64,000 nt of DNA from Diadema antillarum (Eukaryota), in NCBI RefSeq assembly GCF_040938485.1, contig NW_027271580.1, positions 868,001-932,000 on the forward strand, given 5' to 3'. A model generated the notes under the pieces. It was not told the DNA's origin. It worked only from the letters and a program-made list of their open reading frames with translations, and ran no database searches. The position numbers and the translations under genes were made by a program. Positions 1 through 11,978 of the stretch are shown here, in pieces; position 1 is the stretch's first letter; every line of letters starts with the position of its first letter.

Positions 1-3000
1 AGTATAAATGTTTTAATGTCGTTACAACTTCCACGAGGTAAGTCGAATGAGAGTGTAATTTGGTAGAAATTCAGTGTTTTTTATGGACGATTTTTTTCTA
101 AGTTTAGTTTCGTTTAGTTTCGTTTTGTTCTTTTTGGGAGGTAAGGGGGGAAATACCTAAGCTGTTGTATTGCTTCATCCAAACAAGCACGGAACACGCG
201 GAGGAATCTCGAGCCGTTGGGTGAGACATCATGTCTCAGACATGTCAAACAACGTTTATCGCATCAATGTCAAAGGGGTCACACCCATGAAGCATGCAGG
301 AACGTTGAAACCAAAACGTGTGATAGGAGAGTAGGGTATGTTTAGGAGAAGAATTCTACTGCAGGGGAGGAAAAGGAGGAGACGGAACAAAAACGAAAGC
401 TCTGTCATGGAGTGAAGGCACAGAAATATTTAGAAAAAGGAAGAGACGAAACTGGGGGCAATTATTGTGTGCGAAAGATGATGTCCCATATCTGTAGGCC
501 TATAATCAGGAGCCTGAATACTGATAATAGTGTGGTTGAAAGAAAAGGAGGGTGTGTGTGTGTGTGTATTGGGAGGAGGGGTGTTGTTTGCGTGCCGTCA
601 TGTTTAGCTGTGATATTTTGTAGCCGTGCCCCAATTACGAACGTACAGAAATCGAGAACGGTTTAGGTGTGGTTCTTCATTACATGTAGGAGAAAATGTT
701 CATGACGCTATAAATGACGTAGAATTTCAACAAAATAAAGACACTACAACAAACACAGGCCTACATATTGACCAAAAAATAAATCACAATACAAAGTGAA
801 ACCAAGCTGAAGCTGAATCTGAGACGTACAAGATCTCATCTCTGGCTACGGATGATTGTCTATAAATTCGCTTTACGGCAGCATGAAAAATTGCACGAAA
901 TACAAGTACAATTGTACAAACAAATAGACAAACAAAGCAACAATTCGTCAAACATCCCCGACAAACAACAAGATTAAATGCCAAGTAATGAGTCTGTATA
1001 TTCCCCAGTAATAGTCGTTTCCAAAATGTCAGTTGCTCAAACAATAAAAATACAGGAAAATTTTATTTGGGACGAAGGAGCCAAGTTACGAGTATCGGGT
1101 ATATTTCATCATAAATATTTCTTTACAATGATCTCGTGTGCAGGATCGTTGTCCGTCGCAAGTCACGTGACTGATATAGGGATCGAATTCCATATGTAGC
1201 TATGCGGAGGTCAAGCTTGTTATGAAGAATGTTGCAAGGATAGGAGCACTGACTAATTTCAGTTGTCAACATGCGTCGGGAAGTGATATGAACTAATGAA
1301 CTGATAAGTTCGAAAGCCGAGCTCTATCTTGGTTGAAGGCAGAGGGTTGTATCAATACAATGTAATCCCGTGTAAATGCATTTATGATATACGCCCCCTC
1401 CATCGGCCTCGTTATATTGTTGTGTGCATAGTAATCCTATGAGTGTCTGTGACATTATGAACTTCGAAGTCATGACCGGTCGTGATCATGAGCGTTTTTT
1501 GGCGCTTCCCTATAGCTGTAATGATATTAGCCCGTTTTCCATACAGCCAAGGTATTAATTGTCCCCGCGACAGTTGAACAGTACAGGAGGGCTCTAATTT
1601 TACAGCATGTAAAGTGGTATCCACCACATGTTCAAGTTGATTGTAACAAAGTAAAACTAAGCAAACAGAAAGAATTTAAGAAGTATCACTTGAATCATAG
1701 CAAAATATAGGATGATCGGTACATCGTATAGATATCAGTTTATGTTCACCTTGTTTAATTTACTGACGGCGGTATCAGTCACAGCCGTGTTTGCAAAGGT
1801 GATGGTGCCATGCCTCACATGTGTCTCATACATCTTCGCTGAATTTCTCTCAAAATAAGGGGAAAGAAAGTCGAATAATCATGTATATGGATTGAAAAAT
1901 GCGGAAATATCGATGGTACGCACCAGTGAAGTTTGAATAAAACCGGACATAACCCGTCCAAACGTTATAACGTTTAAAATTTCTGAACAGCCGTAGTAAA
2001 TGACCGGAAGACTGCAACAATTCGTGGTGTTACGTATAGGGCCTGCATGTAGAACTCTTTGGCGGTGTCACACCGTCATGGATAAAGATATAATTGTAAA
2101 TAAGATTTTATATACAGAGAGAATTCAGCATATTTTCAAAAATAATGAAAAAGTATACTTAGCGTACCTTTTTCAGGAGGCATAGAAAAATGATATTACC
2201 CTGAACATAATATGCCAGTAACAAGTGGAACGTATGTGAACATCTCGGATGATATCATGAAATTCTGTTGAATTTTCTTCATAATATATTCTTTTATATC
2301 GTTGTCAATGATCCTATGTGACATGATTACAACGACATATAAGTGATGCCACGCTGACATCACGAATTGTGGTAGTCTTCTTATCCAGCGATTGCGGTAC
2401 AGAAACTTAAAAACAAACAAACAAACAAAACACACACAAAAACAACATGTACACTTTATAACGGATTGTCCGACTTTTCTTCGAAATAATGTCACTGATA
2501 TTGTACTAATATTGCTGTATTCACTTAAAATCCACATGATATGAAGTGCATGCATATTGTTTTTATTCCCCTCTAACATAAATGCAGAAAGTATACAGTA
2601 ACCACGGTCAGCACGTCAAATTGTTCCGGAGTTATAACGATAATAGCAATTATGATAACTGGATGTGAAGTGAAAGTGGTGGTCCATATGCTGAACCACT
2701 GACAAAACAATGATTACGATTATTATTTTGAATATGTATAAACCAACGAGAAAGTTGTGAAATGAGACGGGACCATTACTGCCCGTCTAATTTGAATTTT
2801 ATAAAATGATTTTTACTGATTCACACTGAGCCATGCTTCCGGCAAAATCCGAATACATGGTTCAATCCTTGTATAGCGTTGTAGAGGTATATTGGACGCC
2901 AGATGGGGGAAAAGGTTGAATTTCATGAATTTATAGGTCCATTTTATAAAACGAATGATGCACAGGCCTATATCGTGGATCGGTGAGAATTGGATGCTCT

Positions 3001-4996
3001 CGTTTAACTTCAGAAACAGTCTAAACACTGTTGCTGCTCTCGTGGGTTTATATACATGTAGTTCCAGTTTTCACCGATCCACTCTGTTCTGTGCATCATT
3101 GATTTTGTATAATGACTACTGAAATTGTGAAACCTGTTGCATGTGAAAGTTAGGTAACTTTCACAGATCGCTCTGTCTGATTCTGATGATGAAGCTTCAA
3201 CGGAGATGAGACGAAACACCTCCCTGGTAAAGTGAAAGCTCCTCTGAATTCTCTTCCATGCGATAAAATGTATGCTCATGAATACGCGTATAATTAGATG
3301 TATTTCTTTATATAGTACTCTTTACAGATACTCCTATTTATGCTTTAATGTCAACGTTTTGGATTTGTCACGATAATTCCGTTTGTAAAATTGAAGAAAG
3401 GAAGAGAAACTGAATAAAACAAATAAATTGAATGTCGAGGTCAAAACATCAACGTCACAACTTCCGTGCTATGTCTATGCCCTAATTCTCATATTTTTTG
3501 TGTGGGCTCGCGCTGTAATCGGTTATAATACAAGCCATGGTTCAAGAGCGTACCAAAACACTTCGAACAAAGACACAAACAGGGTAGTCCAGTTGGAAGC
3601 ATCACCGTGACATAATTCAATGAGTGTGCTCATGAAGGCGGGGAAAAAAAGTGGGTGGGTGAGCATTGTCAGAGGACTGGCCTGGCGTCGTTGTGTATCA
3701 AGCTGACGGCGGACTCCAGGGGCCTCAAAAAGGTGATTCTAGCGTATGTGTTTACTGGCATAACAGCAAGCATGCACTTGGAGCTACGTGTATAGCTTTA
3801 TGATGTATCTGAAGGTGACAGACGTGACAAGTGGATTATCAATGCAGTGTTGTATGGCTCGCAAGGAATAGACATTTGCAGTATTCCAAGCGAGTTGGTC
3901 AGGCATGTGAACAACACGTGCAGGTGAAATGCATTGTGGTATAGGCCATACCGTCATGCTCGTCAGTATACAGATGGAAGGATAAGGACACCAACACAAA
4001 TTTTATTACAGCATGGCTCACGATAGTTTCGCAATGCGCTCATCTGCAGTCCTTAGGCCTACGACAAGAGTTAATTTCCCGTTTATGCCTTTCTTGCGCA
4101 TATTCATATCTTCCTATTATTTACCATACGAAAACAAATGCGAACGTTTGCCGTCAGTAGGGCCTATATAATGGATGTTTCTTTGTACATGTATAAGTGT
4201 AGGTCCTATATGCGTCGTTATGGTAAAATGTTTTTAAATACAAAATAAAATTGGTAATTCATTCTTGCAGCCTAATAAGGAAAAAGTGCGTCTCAAAGCA
4301 TCGCACAACAGATGGCTGGTAACTAGATGCATAACGTAATATCTCCATCCGAAAATGCAAGCTCACGGCATGTATAGCTTCGCGCCTCAACAAATAACTT
4401 CACATAAAAAAAAACGTGCGTGATGGCGACTGCATGCATTGCTTTACATAATGAACAGCTGCATACACTTTGTATCGAACATACATGTATTGTATATCAA
4501 TATAAGTGGTAATGATATATGCAGCTTATATTGCGCCAAATCCACTCTGTGTGCGTGGGTATGAACCACGAATTAGAATTATGATGTTCTACTATAGCTA
4601 AGCCCTACTGTATTTCTCTCTGTGTGTAATTCTGCATCCGCACACCGCGACATAACGCCGGAGAGAATGACATCAAAACTTACTCGTTCGAGGTGGCTGA
4701 CTTTCGTTCTAAACATTCATATACGCAGAAAACTTTCGATATACACTGTACACAAGAACAACCTGCTACAAGCACTTTATTTTTCCCATGAACAACAAGC
4801 AGTGCAAACGGGCCCAGCACCCCGCAGTTCAGCTTAGTTCGAAGGGGGGTTTTTCGTTCTTCATTCTCAGCCCTCGGCGCAGACGACGAAAAGTCCCCGT
4901 CGAGTGATAAAAAGTAGAATATTTCAAATGATAAGGCTTTGTGATGAAACGACGACAGATTACATGTAGAGTTGCACTGCATCATTTTGTTCTACA

Positions 4997-5189
4997 CTAC
5001 AATGAAAGAAGCCTCTGCACCGCTGTATGCTCAGCACTCTGCAGTGTGCTCTTCCGCCTCAAATAGTCCCGGTAATCCTCGAAGTTCACCTCGTCGTATC
5101 GGCGCAGGAATACTCGTTCGCCGTTGATATAGAGGCCCTCTCGTATCAAGCGGTATCTCGCCTCGTTATCTTTCACTGTGATTAGCCAT
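4997..5189 (-). CDS. Last coding exon of the RRM-like gene (WLITVKDNEARYRLIREGLYING...LLSL*)
   Basis: Good pyrimidine tract and AG acceptor at 5191-5190, in phase with the upstream donor; TAG stop at 4999-4997. Confidence 0.7.
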
Positions 5190-6713
5190 CTGTCAGAGGA
5201 ATAAATTCGGATACAACATGAACTCAGAATCACAGTATAATGATGAAGGAGAAATGATAATAATGATTATGATAATGATAGCAATAATAATGATAATGAT
5301 AATAACAATAACAATAATAATAGGTCCTATAGTGAAAATAATATCGAACGCCATTGGATCCATCGGTATTGGCATGAAATTCAGGAAAAGCAGAGATGCG
5401 TTCTAAATGACTATCGATGTGATATATCACAGGCAGTTTTGATTTCGGGGTAAGTTTTGTCAGTCTGAAGACAAGAGAAAAGTTGGCTAAATACAATTCT
5501 GGGGAGCATTTCATGAAGCTTTTTGTCAGACATTTCGTCCGACAAACTGTTAAAAGCTACTGAAATCCTTGCATCTGATTGGCTGAGAGCAATTTTGTCC
5601 GACAAAGTTGTTGGACAAAATGCTTCATGAAATGCCCCCCTGGTCCTTGTGTTGTTGGTTGTTTTTTTTTTTTCCTGGGGGGGGGGGAGGGGGGAGGATG
5701 AGAAATTTGCCAGATGGACCGAGTTTGTTGTAGGTTACGTACATACATCAGAACAAAAATCAACTTTGAAAACAAGTGTTTTCATCATGTGTGTATATTC
5801 TACAATGTGTAAACTAGAAATGAACGGGAAATCGGTTCGAGTGCTGAACAAAAAGGGGAATGGACGCATGCGACATCGTTGTACTCCCCACCACACAATC
5901 CATCACGTTTTTGTGCGCTTCCTTCCATCAACATCTCAAGTTTGCGTTCACTGACCAATGCTGAAAATTCAGTTTTCCCTGCATGCTGTTTCATTATTTT
6001 GATCAAGCTGACTTTTCTTCCTTTTTTTTCGTACAAGTTGTATAGGACCGTGGAAATGACGACGAGGAGGGTTGATAGTGAGCCTTACCTGTTCATGACA
6101 CCGGCGGCTCCCAGCACCACGTTCATATCGACAAACTGGATGTGCTGAACCTTGTCGATGGGTATCGGTTGCCGTCTCTTGATGCTCGTTAAGATGTCTT
6201 TGTGCGTGAGGTCATAGCCAGGATACGAAAAACAGAGTGTGAGTGGAGCAGGCTGTGGTGGCGCTCTGAAGAAGCGAATTTTCTTCAGAGCAAACTTGTC
6301 GGACGTAGAATGAGATCGCTGGCTATCTGCCGCGTGCATTCCGTGGTGGGACTTGGGCTTCGTTGAATGGCGACCTCTGCGTCCGTGCTTCGATACTACG
6401 GCAGAGAGCTTCGCCTGCAGCGGTTGCCTGTGTTTGCGTTTTGATCGATATTTCAAAAATTGGCAGGAGCATTTTTGTTTTCGGGTGCCTTTACTCATGC
6501 CACAGATTTTAGGGTTTCATTATTTTTGTTTTTCCCTATTTTGGGGACTGTTTTGGACAAGAATGTATATTATGCGCAATCATGTCTTTTGATTTGTATT
6601 CGCAATCAAAACATTTGATATTGCCGTACCTTAATGTCCGCTGATATGTGAAAATCAACTTGCGCAGTCTGTCAGTTACCTCAACTTGGAATATTTGACA
6701 TGAAAATGTATAC

Positions 6714-6763
<50 letters not shown>

Positions 6764-7202
6764 TCTCAGAAACTTGAAATACTATAGTCGTCTGCTGCAA
6801 ACGCGGGATAATGTTGCTTGTCAATTCATTTACTTTAGGACAATACAATTCACTTCTACTGATTACTTTAATCATCGGAGTTGCGAGGACTGCAATTCAG
6901 AAGGCTGTTAAAATAGTAGCTTAATGATAATGAGATTGTACGAGAGTACGCCCTCCAGTTTCTCACCTAAATGGGGTTTGACTTCTTTGTATCACGGGAA
7001 GCTTCACTTCAATTTCTTTTCTGGCCGTTGATTGGTTGCCTGTAAAATACTGGGACTTCGATGTGCCATTTTCGCGCGTAGAGGTCCGCTCTTCAGAGAT
7101 CATCGTCGAATACGATGCTCCTTTGTTGCCGAATGATGTCGTGCTCGACGACGTTCCGACGAACGGACTCGTGAGTCGACAACGGGAACTCGAGATCGGC
7201 AT
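4997..7202 (-). CDS. Spliced gene, ~255 aa, join(7202-6967, 6427-6089, 5189-4997); Ser/Thr/basic N-terminus plus RRM-like domain resembling non-LTR retrotransposon ORF1p
   Basis: Kozak-like CCACCATG at 7202. Donors AG|GTGAGA (6966) and AG|GTAAGG (6088); acceptor ttcctctgacAG (5190); all junctions phase 2. Product LTLCFSY..THKDILTSIK..VQHIQFV..NRWLITVKDNEARYRLIREGLYINGERVFLRRYD. AATAAA on the minus strand at 4776-4781. The acceptor at 6428 is weak, so the exon1/2 junction is less certain. Confidence 0.65.
5254..5322. repeat. Imperfect (ATA/ATG/ACA)n trinucleotide microsatellite
   Basis: Directly visible; it produces the spurious poly-Ile ORFs. Confidence 0.85.
6089..6427 (-). CDS. Middle exon of the RRM-like gene (QPLQAKL...VVLGAAGVMNR)
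   Basis: Lies within ORF 6085-6498; strong donor GTAAGG at its 3' end; the 5' boundary is uncertain. Confidence 0.65.
6717..6760. repeat. (AT)n microsatellite
   Basis: Directly visible. Confidence 0.95.
6967..7202 (-). CDS. Probable first coding exon of the RRM-like gene (MPISSSRCRL...QTPFR)
   Basis: CCACCATG start; donor AG|GTGAGA just before the ORF's TGA; candidate 5'UTR acceptors at ~7258 and ~7289. Confidence 0.5.
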
Positions 7203-7865
7203 GGTGGATCAGTAATGTCAGTTTTCTGACCGAATTTGGGGAGACAAAGTTGCTGCTCTGAAAGAAACGGCTCGTCCTCTATACGCTGCTGATAAAGAGG
7301 ATGATATGCAAAAGATCAGATTGGATTAAGATTTATTTATTGTCCATTTAGGATATTCTTTTTGTTGGCAAATACGAGCGTACACATATATCTAACATAT
7401 TCATGTTGGGTTGGGGGTACCACCTATCGTCACCCTAAGGATCTGTAGCTTGTTAATTCTAAAGATATAACACAAATTCGCCTAATTCTTACCTCAATAA
7501 TATGCCATAAATACTGCAGTTTTGAATGTCGTGACCGTCTCGTTGATTATGAATCTCCGTTTTAAAACAGCGCAATTTTAATGCGTGCGTTCCGTTTTCT
7601 TCGCGCAGCTAAAAAGGGTACCTTGCGATCGGCACCCCCTCCCCTCCATAGGTAATACACGTGAATTTCACAGCCATGCGTCGTTACTGAGCGGATGTGT
7701 AATTTTTAGCTTGGTTTGTTAGTTTGTTTTTGAGTTTGATTTTCGTTTCTTCGTTTTTATTGTCTTTATAGCTAATGACACTTAATCCCGCGAGTACCTT
7801 TTCGTTCTATACGCAAACAGCCATGATACGCAGGGTGCCGATGGGAAGGTACCCTGCCGATAGGT

Positions 7866-8724
7866 GGTATGGTTGGGTGTTCATAATACCGGCCACCTAA
7901 CGTTTTTCTATCAATAGAAACGTGAAAAATCTCACAATTTGTTTGAAATTTTACTCACGTGTGGAGAAAATACTCCGGATTCACAAGCGCGCACTGAAAA
8001 TGCGATCTGAGGTACGCGCTCTAGATGGCGGCTTCGAACGCGTGGGGTGTCATTTTTTCCGCACTCAGTTGCCCTGTTCATTTCAACCGACCACCCTGAC
8101 AATACGTATAAAGGGCACTTAAATGTGTTTTTTCGACAGGCCGCTGTTTTTTTTCTAGCCGTCATTTTTCCCCCAATAATATTTGAATATATTTTGAATC
8201 CTTCGATATTACTTTTGAAGGACTGTTTGATGAATTTGAATTGATTTTCATTAGGAAACTTTTCATCGTAATTGAAATAAATTAGATGAGTCGGTTTGTT
8301 TTTTCACATTCATTTCTCGTTTCTGCTTCAACTCGTACGGTCGTAGCGGGCGACAAAATAATTATGTCATGTGTATGTGTAACGTGTGTGCACGATCGTA
8401 CAAGCGGCGGTGACAATTTTGGGGTCAAAATCGTCAAATTTATTACGGAAGGATACTCTACATCTAACAACGAGTCAGCAAAGGTAGGCCTAGTTATATG
8501 TAGTGACACGATAAATCTTATTCGATTTTGCTAAATTTCGTTAATTTAGAGGGAATACTTATTTGTTTTCGCCTCATTTTACTCGGTAGCGTAGCCCAGT
8601 GAAGAATCGAACACCGTTGCGCGTAGTCCCATGCGTACATTTTCTTTCTGTACGCGCAATGCCATTATAGTGCGCGGTCGGTTGATATGGACCCGGTCGG
8701 TGTGTTGAACACCTATACCATACC
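7866..8724. mobile_element. ~860-bp putative non-autonomous DNA transposon with degenerate TIRs
   Basis: Left GGTATGGTTGGGTGTTCA (7866) versus reverse complement of the right end GGTATGGTATAGGTGTTCA (8706-8724); no TSD resolved. Confidence 0.4.
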
Positions 8725-10556
8725 CCTACCATACATAATTATACACAAAAATACGATTTTCAATATACCTTCATACACAATTATACAAGCATAATTGTAA
8801 TTATGCTGTGAATTATACAGTGAACGTATTTACAGTAATTGTGTAATGATACACAATATACAGTAAACACATACACCATTACAAAATTATAATACATTAT
8901 ATTTACCGATCAACAACAAAACATAAGAAAACGTGGAGTCCGTCCTTTCCGAGGATCAAAGTCAAATTTGGGCAGATCATCAGGTTGAACATGATTCTAT
9001 ATCACTGTATCTAGGGCAGTGGTTTTAACAGGGCACGCTGCACGTTCACGCATTAAAAAAAAAAAATAATAATAATGATTCGGGTTCCGTTAACCATCAA
9101 CATGTTGAATATTGTTGAATTACAAAATATTTGGTAGAATACAATGACAATGGCAATAGAACGGCAATAATAGATCTCGAGCTATTACAATGTATAGCTG
9201 TAAAGATTTTGTTCTAGTGTCTACATACACAGATGGCTAGTTTCTTGACATTCTACAAATTTTGCAAGACTACAGTGATCACAAAGGGTTAACGAGATAA
9301 ATGCTGACATGGCAAACACAACTTCGTTGGTCAAAATGTGAAAATTAATGAAATTTACCAACTTACCATTATGCTGCACAGCCAGTCTCTATACAGTGAT
9401 ACGAATATAACCATTATTTTAAACCATATGCGTGTAAGAGTGTATTACATGCGCATATTATTCCTGGAAATAGCCGTTTGCGCGCATCTGATGCGCAGCT
9501 ATAGGGTAATCCCAGGAATTTCCTTACGTCACAATGAACTCTCATTCTTCACCTCTCTTACGGTATCTCGCTCGTCGATTCTCTACAAAACAAAACAAAA
9601 AAATGTTGGGTCTGTAAACAGTTGCCCAGTTATATCGGACTCATGTAGTAATCAGCGCACATAATATTCTTCACGCGCCATCAGCGTCAGAGGTAGACAT
9701 AGTGGATGACTGTATTTAGTTTCTTCCTTTTTTTTTCTTAAAAAATTAGATAATTGACCAGTGTATCGTCGTCGCACTTTTTTGAGTGAAGCTTCCCAAA
9801 TATTCCACCCAAAATGTACCAGTGTATGCCCGCTAAAGGGCTTATAATGAGTAGATAGTGAGAAAAATCTCGTTGAGGCCCGCAGTTTCCGTAGTTCCCG
9901 TGCTGAGGTTTGTAGGCAGGGCTAGGATCTTGTTGCAACGCAGAGCAGTGGCTACGAAGTGGTTCTCTCAAACTATAGCCGCGTTCACACTACACGAAAA
10001 TACAGTACGCGTAGTTTCGCGAGAAGTGATAAATTTCGCAAGTGCATGCAGGCAGTTTCGCTAGTAAGTTCCCGAAAAGTATGCGGTCACGCTGCCCAAA
10101 CTATATAGGCAAAGCAAAATACCGGCAACTACGAGTAGTTTCGCGTAATGATGTGACTGCGACTACTATCATTCAGTGCAAAACTTCCAATTTATATTCG
10201 GATGATCTGATAATGTTCAGCAGCGTACCAAGGTTTTGAAGCCATAGGACGCACATCTTTCCTTTTCTTTCCGTGAATTGGGAATCGGGGGAAAAATAGC
10301 TTACCCAAACAAAGCGATTGCCACAAGATATTGCTTGGCACACAGACATTTTGACGATGCTTGTTCTAGGTCTACTGTCCAGTATATCTCTATGGCCTAT
10401 ACACACGATTCCATCGTCTGCTGCTCGCAGGTGAACGCATGTACACGTAGGCTTATACTAAGTACAGTTGTATATCGTATGCGAGCACATTTTGATCAGG
10501 AATACAGTAAAGCTACCATATTATAACGTCATGCAACATTTTGGCTTGTCGGCTCA

Positions 10557-10570
10557 ATGAGCATATCACG
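10557..10570 (+). CDS. Transglutaminase coding exon 1 (MSISR, 14 nt)
   Basis: ATG at 10557 followed by CG|GTAAGT; phase 2 matches the exon at 10730; inferred from phase only. Confidence 0.6.
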
Positions 10571-11692
10571 GTAAGTCGCATTAAAAAGGCGCTCTTTTTA
10601 AACTTTTTTGTTTTGTTTCTGTGCACAGCTTGGTCTATTATTAGGGAAGAGAACCACAAGTAATACCAGTACAGTTTTGTTACCCATATCCTGTCAAGTA
10701 TTTAACACCTCTATTATCCTCCCGTCCAGTTCCTCCGCTGACGCAGACTTCGCCGCCCCTGGCTCTCCTGGTCGCTCGATAGACGTCGAGGCAGCGGAAC
10801 GGGAATACCTCGGTGAACCAGGCACGGATGCCCCTCCTAGGGCGGACCAACTCGTCGTGACGGAAGTCAACTACGAGGTACAAAATTTGCAATCGTATAG
10901 AACCTTTTTTTTTTTCGCTATGCCCAAATTTTTGAAGGTATATACTCTCTGTGAAAATGTGTAATTAATAATGTCTGAGACTTATCAATCCAAATTATTT
11001 TGGGCGCTAATGTAGGCCTACTTTCCCATCTAATTCCGGAATTAGGTGCACCAAAAATGACAGGATATTCACTCACTTGAATTTGAACCAAAGCGGTCAT
11101 TGGGAAGCGTTGATGTCGACGTTGACTTTGATGTCGTCGCTCAAAACAATTCGCTTTTCGCGAGCGATTGCGGCGCAGGCTGCCTGCAGTGGCTGCACAA
11201 TCTGAAACTGATGAATAACATTATGCGACGAATCTTTCAGGTGAAGTGAGTATCTCATTGGGTGGGATATTAGTTGGCACCCTGGTCGCAACTCGAGTCT
11301 CCGTGGTCGTGGAGACATCTCCTTACGTCTCCGCGACGTCTCCTGGAATATAGCCGAGTCTCCGGGTAGTCGCGAGAGAATCAAACATGTTTTTTTTTTT
11401 CTTCGGGGATTCTTTCCATTCTCCAGCTGGTCGCGGAAATGTCTCCGCGACGTCTCCTAGTCGCGGCCAAGTTGCGGAAGATAATTGTATTCGCGAGATC
11501 TCCGAGTCGTTTCCGTGACTTTGCGGAGACGTATTGATGACATACGGGAGACATCGCGAAGACATCTCAGCGACCGAGATGTCTATGAGACCTCGCATCG
11601 ACGTCTCCGCGACTTCTGGACGAATAAATTATTACCTAATTTGGAGACGTCTCCGAAAACGTCGTGGAGTTGCCTTTTTGTTGACAACGCAA

Positions 11693-11728
<36 letters not shown>

Positions 11729-11936
11729 TCTTTCGAGCCGCACGAGTCGCGGTGACGGATCAGTTGCGGCAGTCGCGGCGAAGTCTCCTCCAGTGAGATA
11801 CGGCCGTAACCGGGAGCAAAAACATCAACGTTCATAAATAATAATATGGCAAATTGAATGAAACTGGGTGGGAAATGAATTATTCCTAGAACGCACTCGA
11901 CCATCTTGTAGACTGACAGACACAGACAACAGACAG

Positions 11937-11978
<42 letters not shown>

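Noticed and set aside
3660-3960. Coding-looking segment (EDWPGVVVYQADGG...)
   Set aside because: Stops in all frames and no recognisable family.
5193-5406. Poly-Ile/Met ORFs on both strands
   Set aside because: Translation of a trinucleotide microsatellite inside an intron.
7022-7214. Plus-strand open frame (WLPVKYWDFDVPFSRVEV...)
   Set aside because: Antisense shadow of the minus-strand exon, which has the Kozak start and donor.
8286-8534. ORF with donor AAG|GTAGGC as a candidate transglutaminase first exon
   Set aside because: Phase 0 is incompatible with the phase-2 acceptor at 10730, and it lies inside a probable TE.
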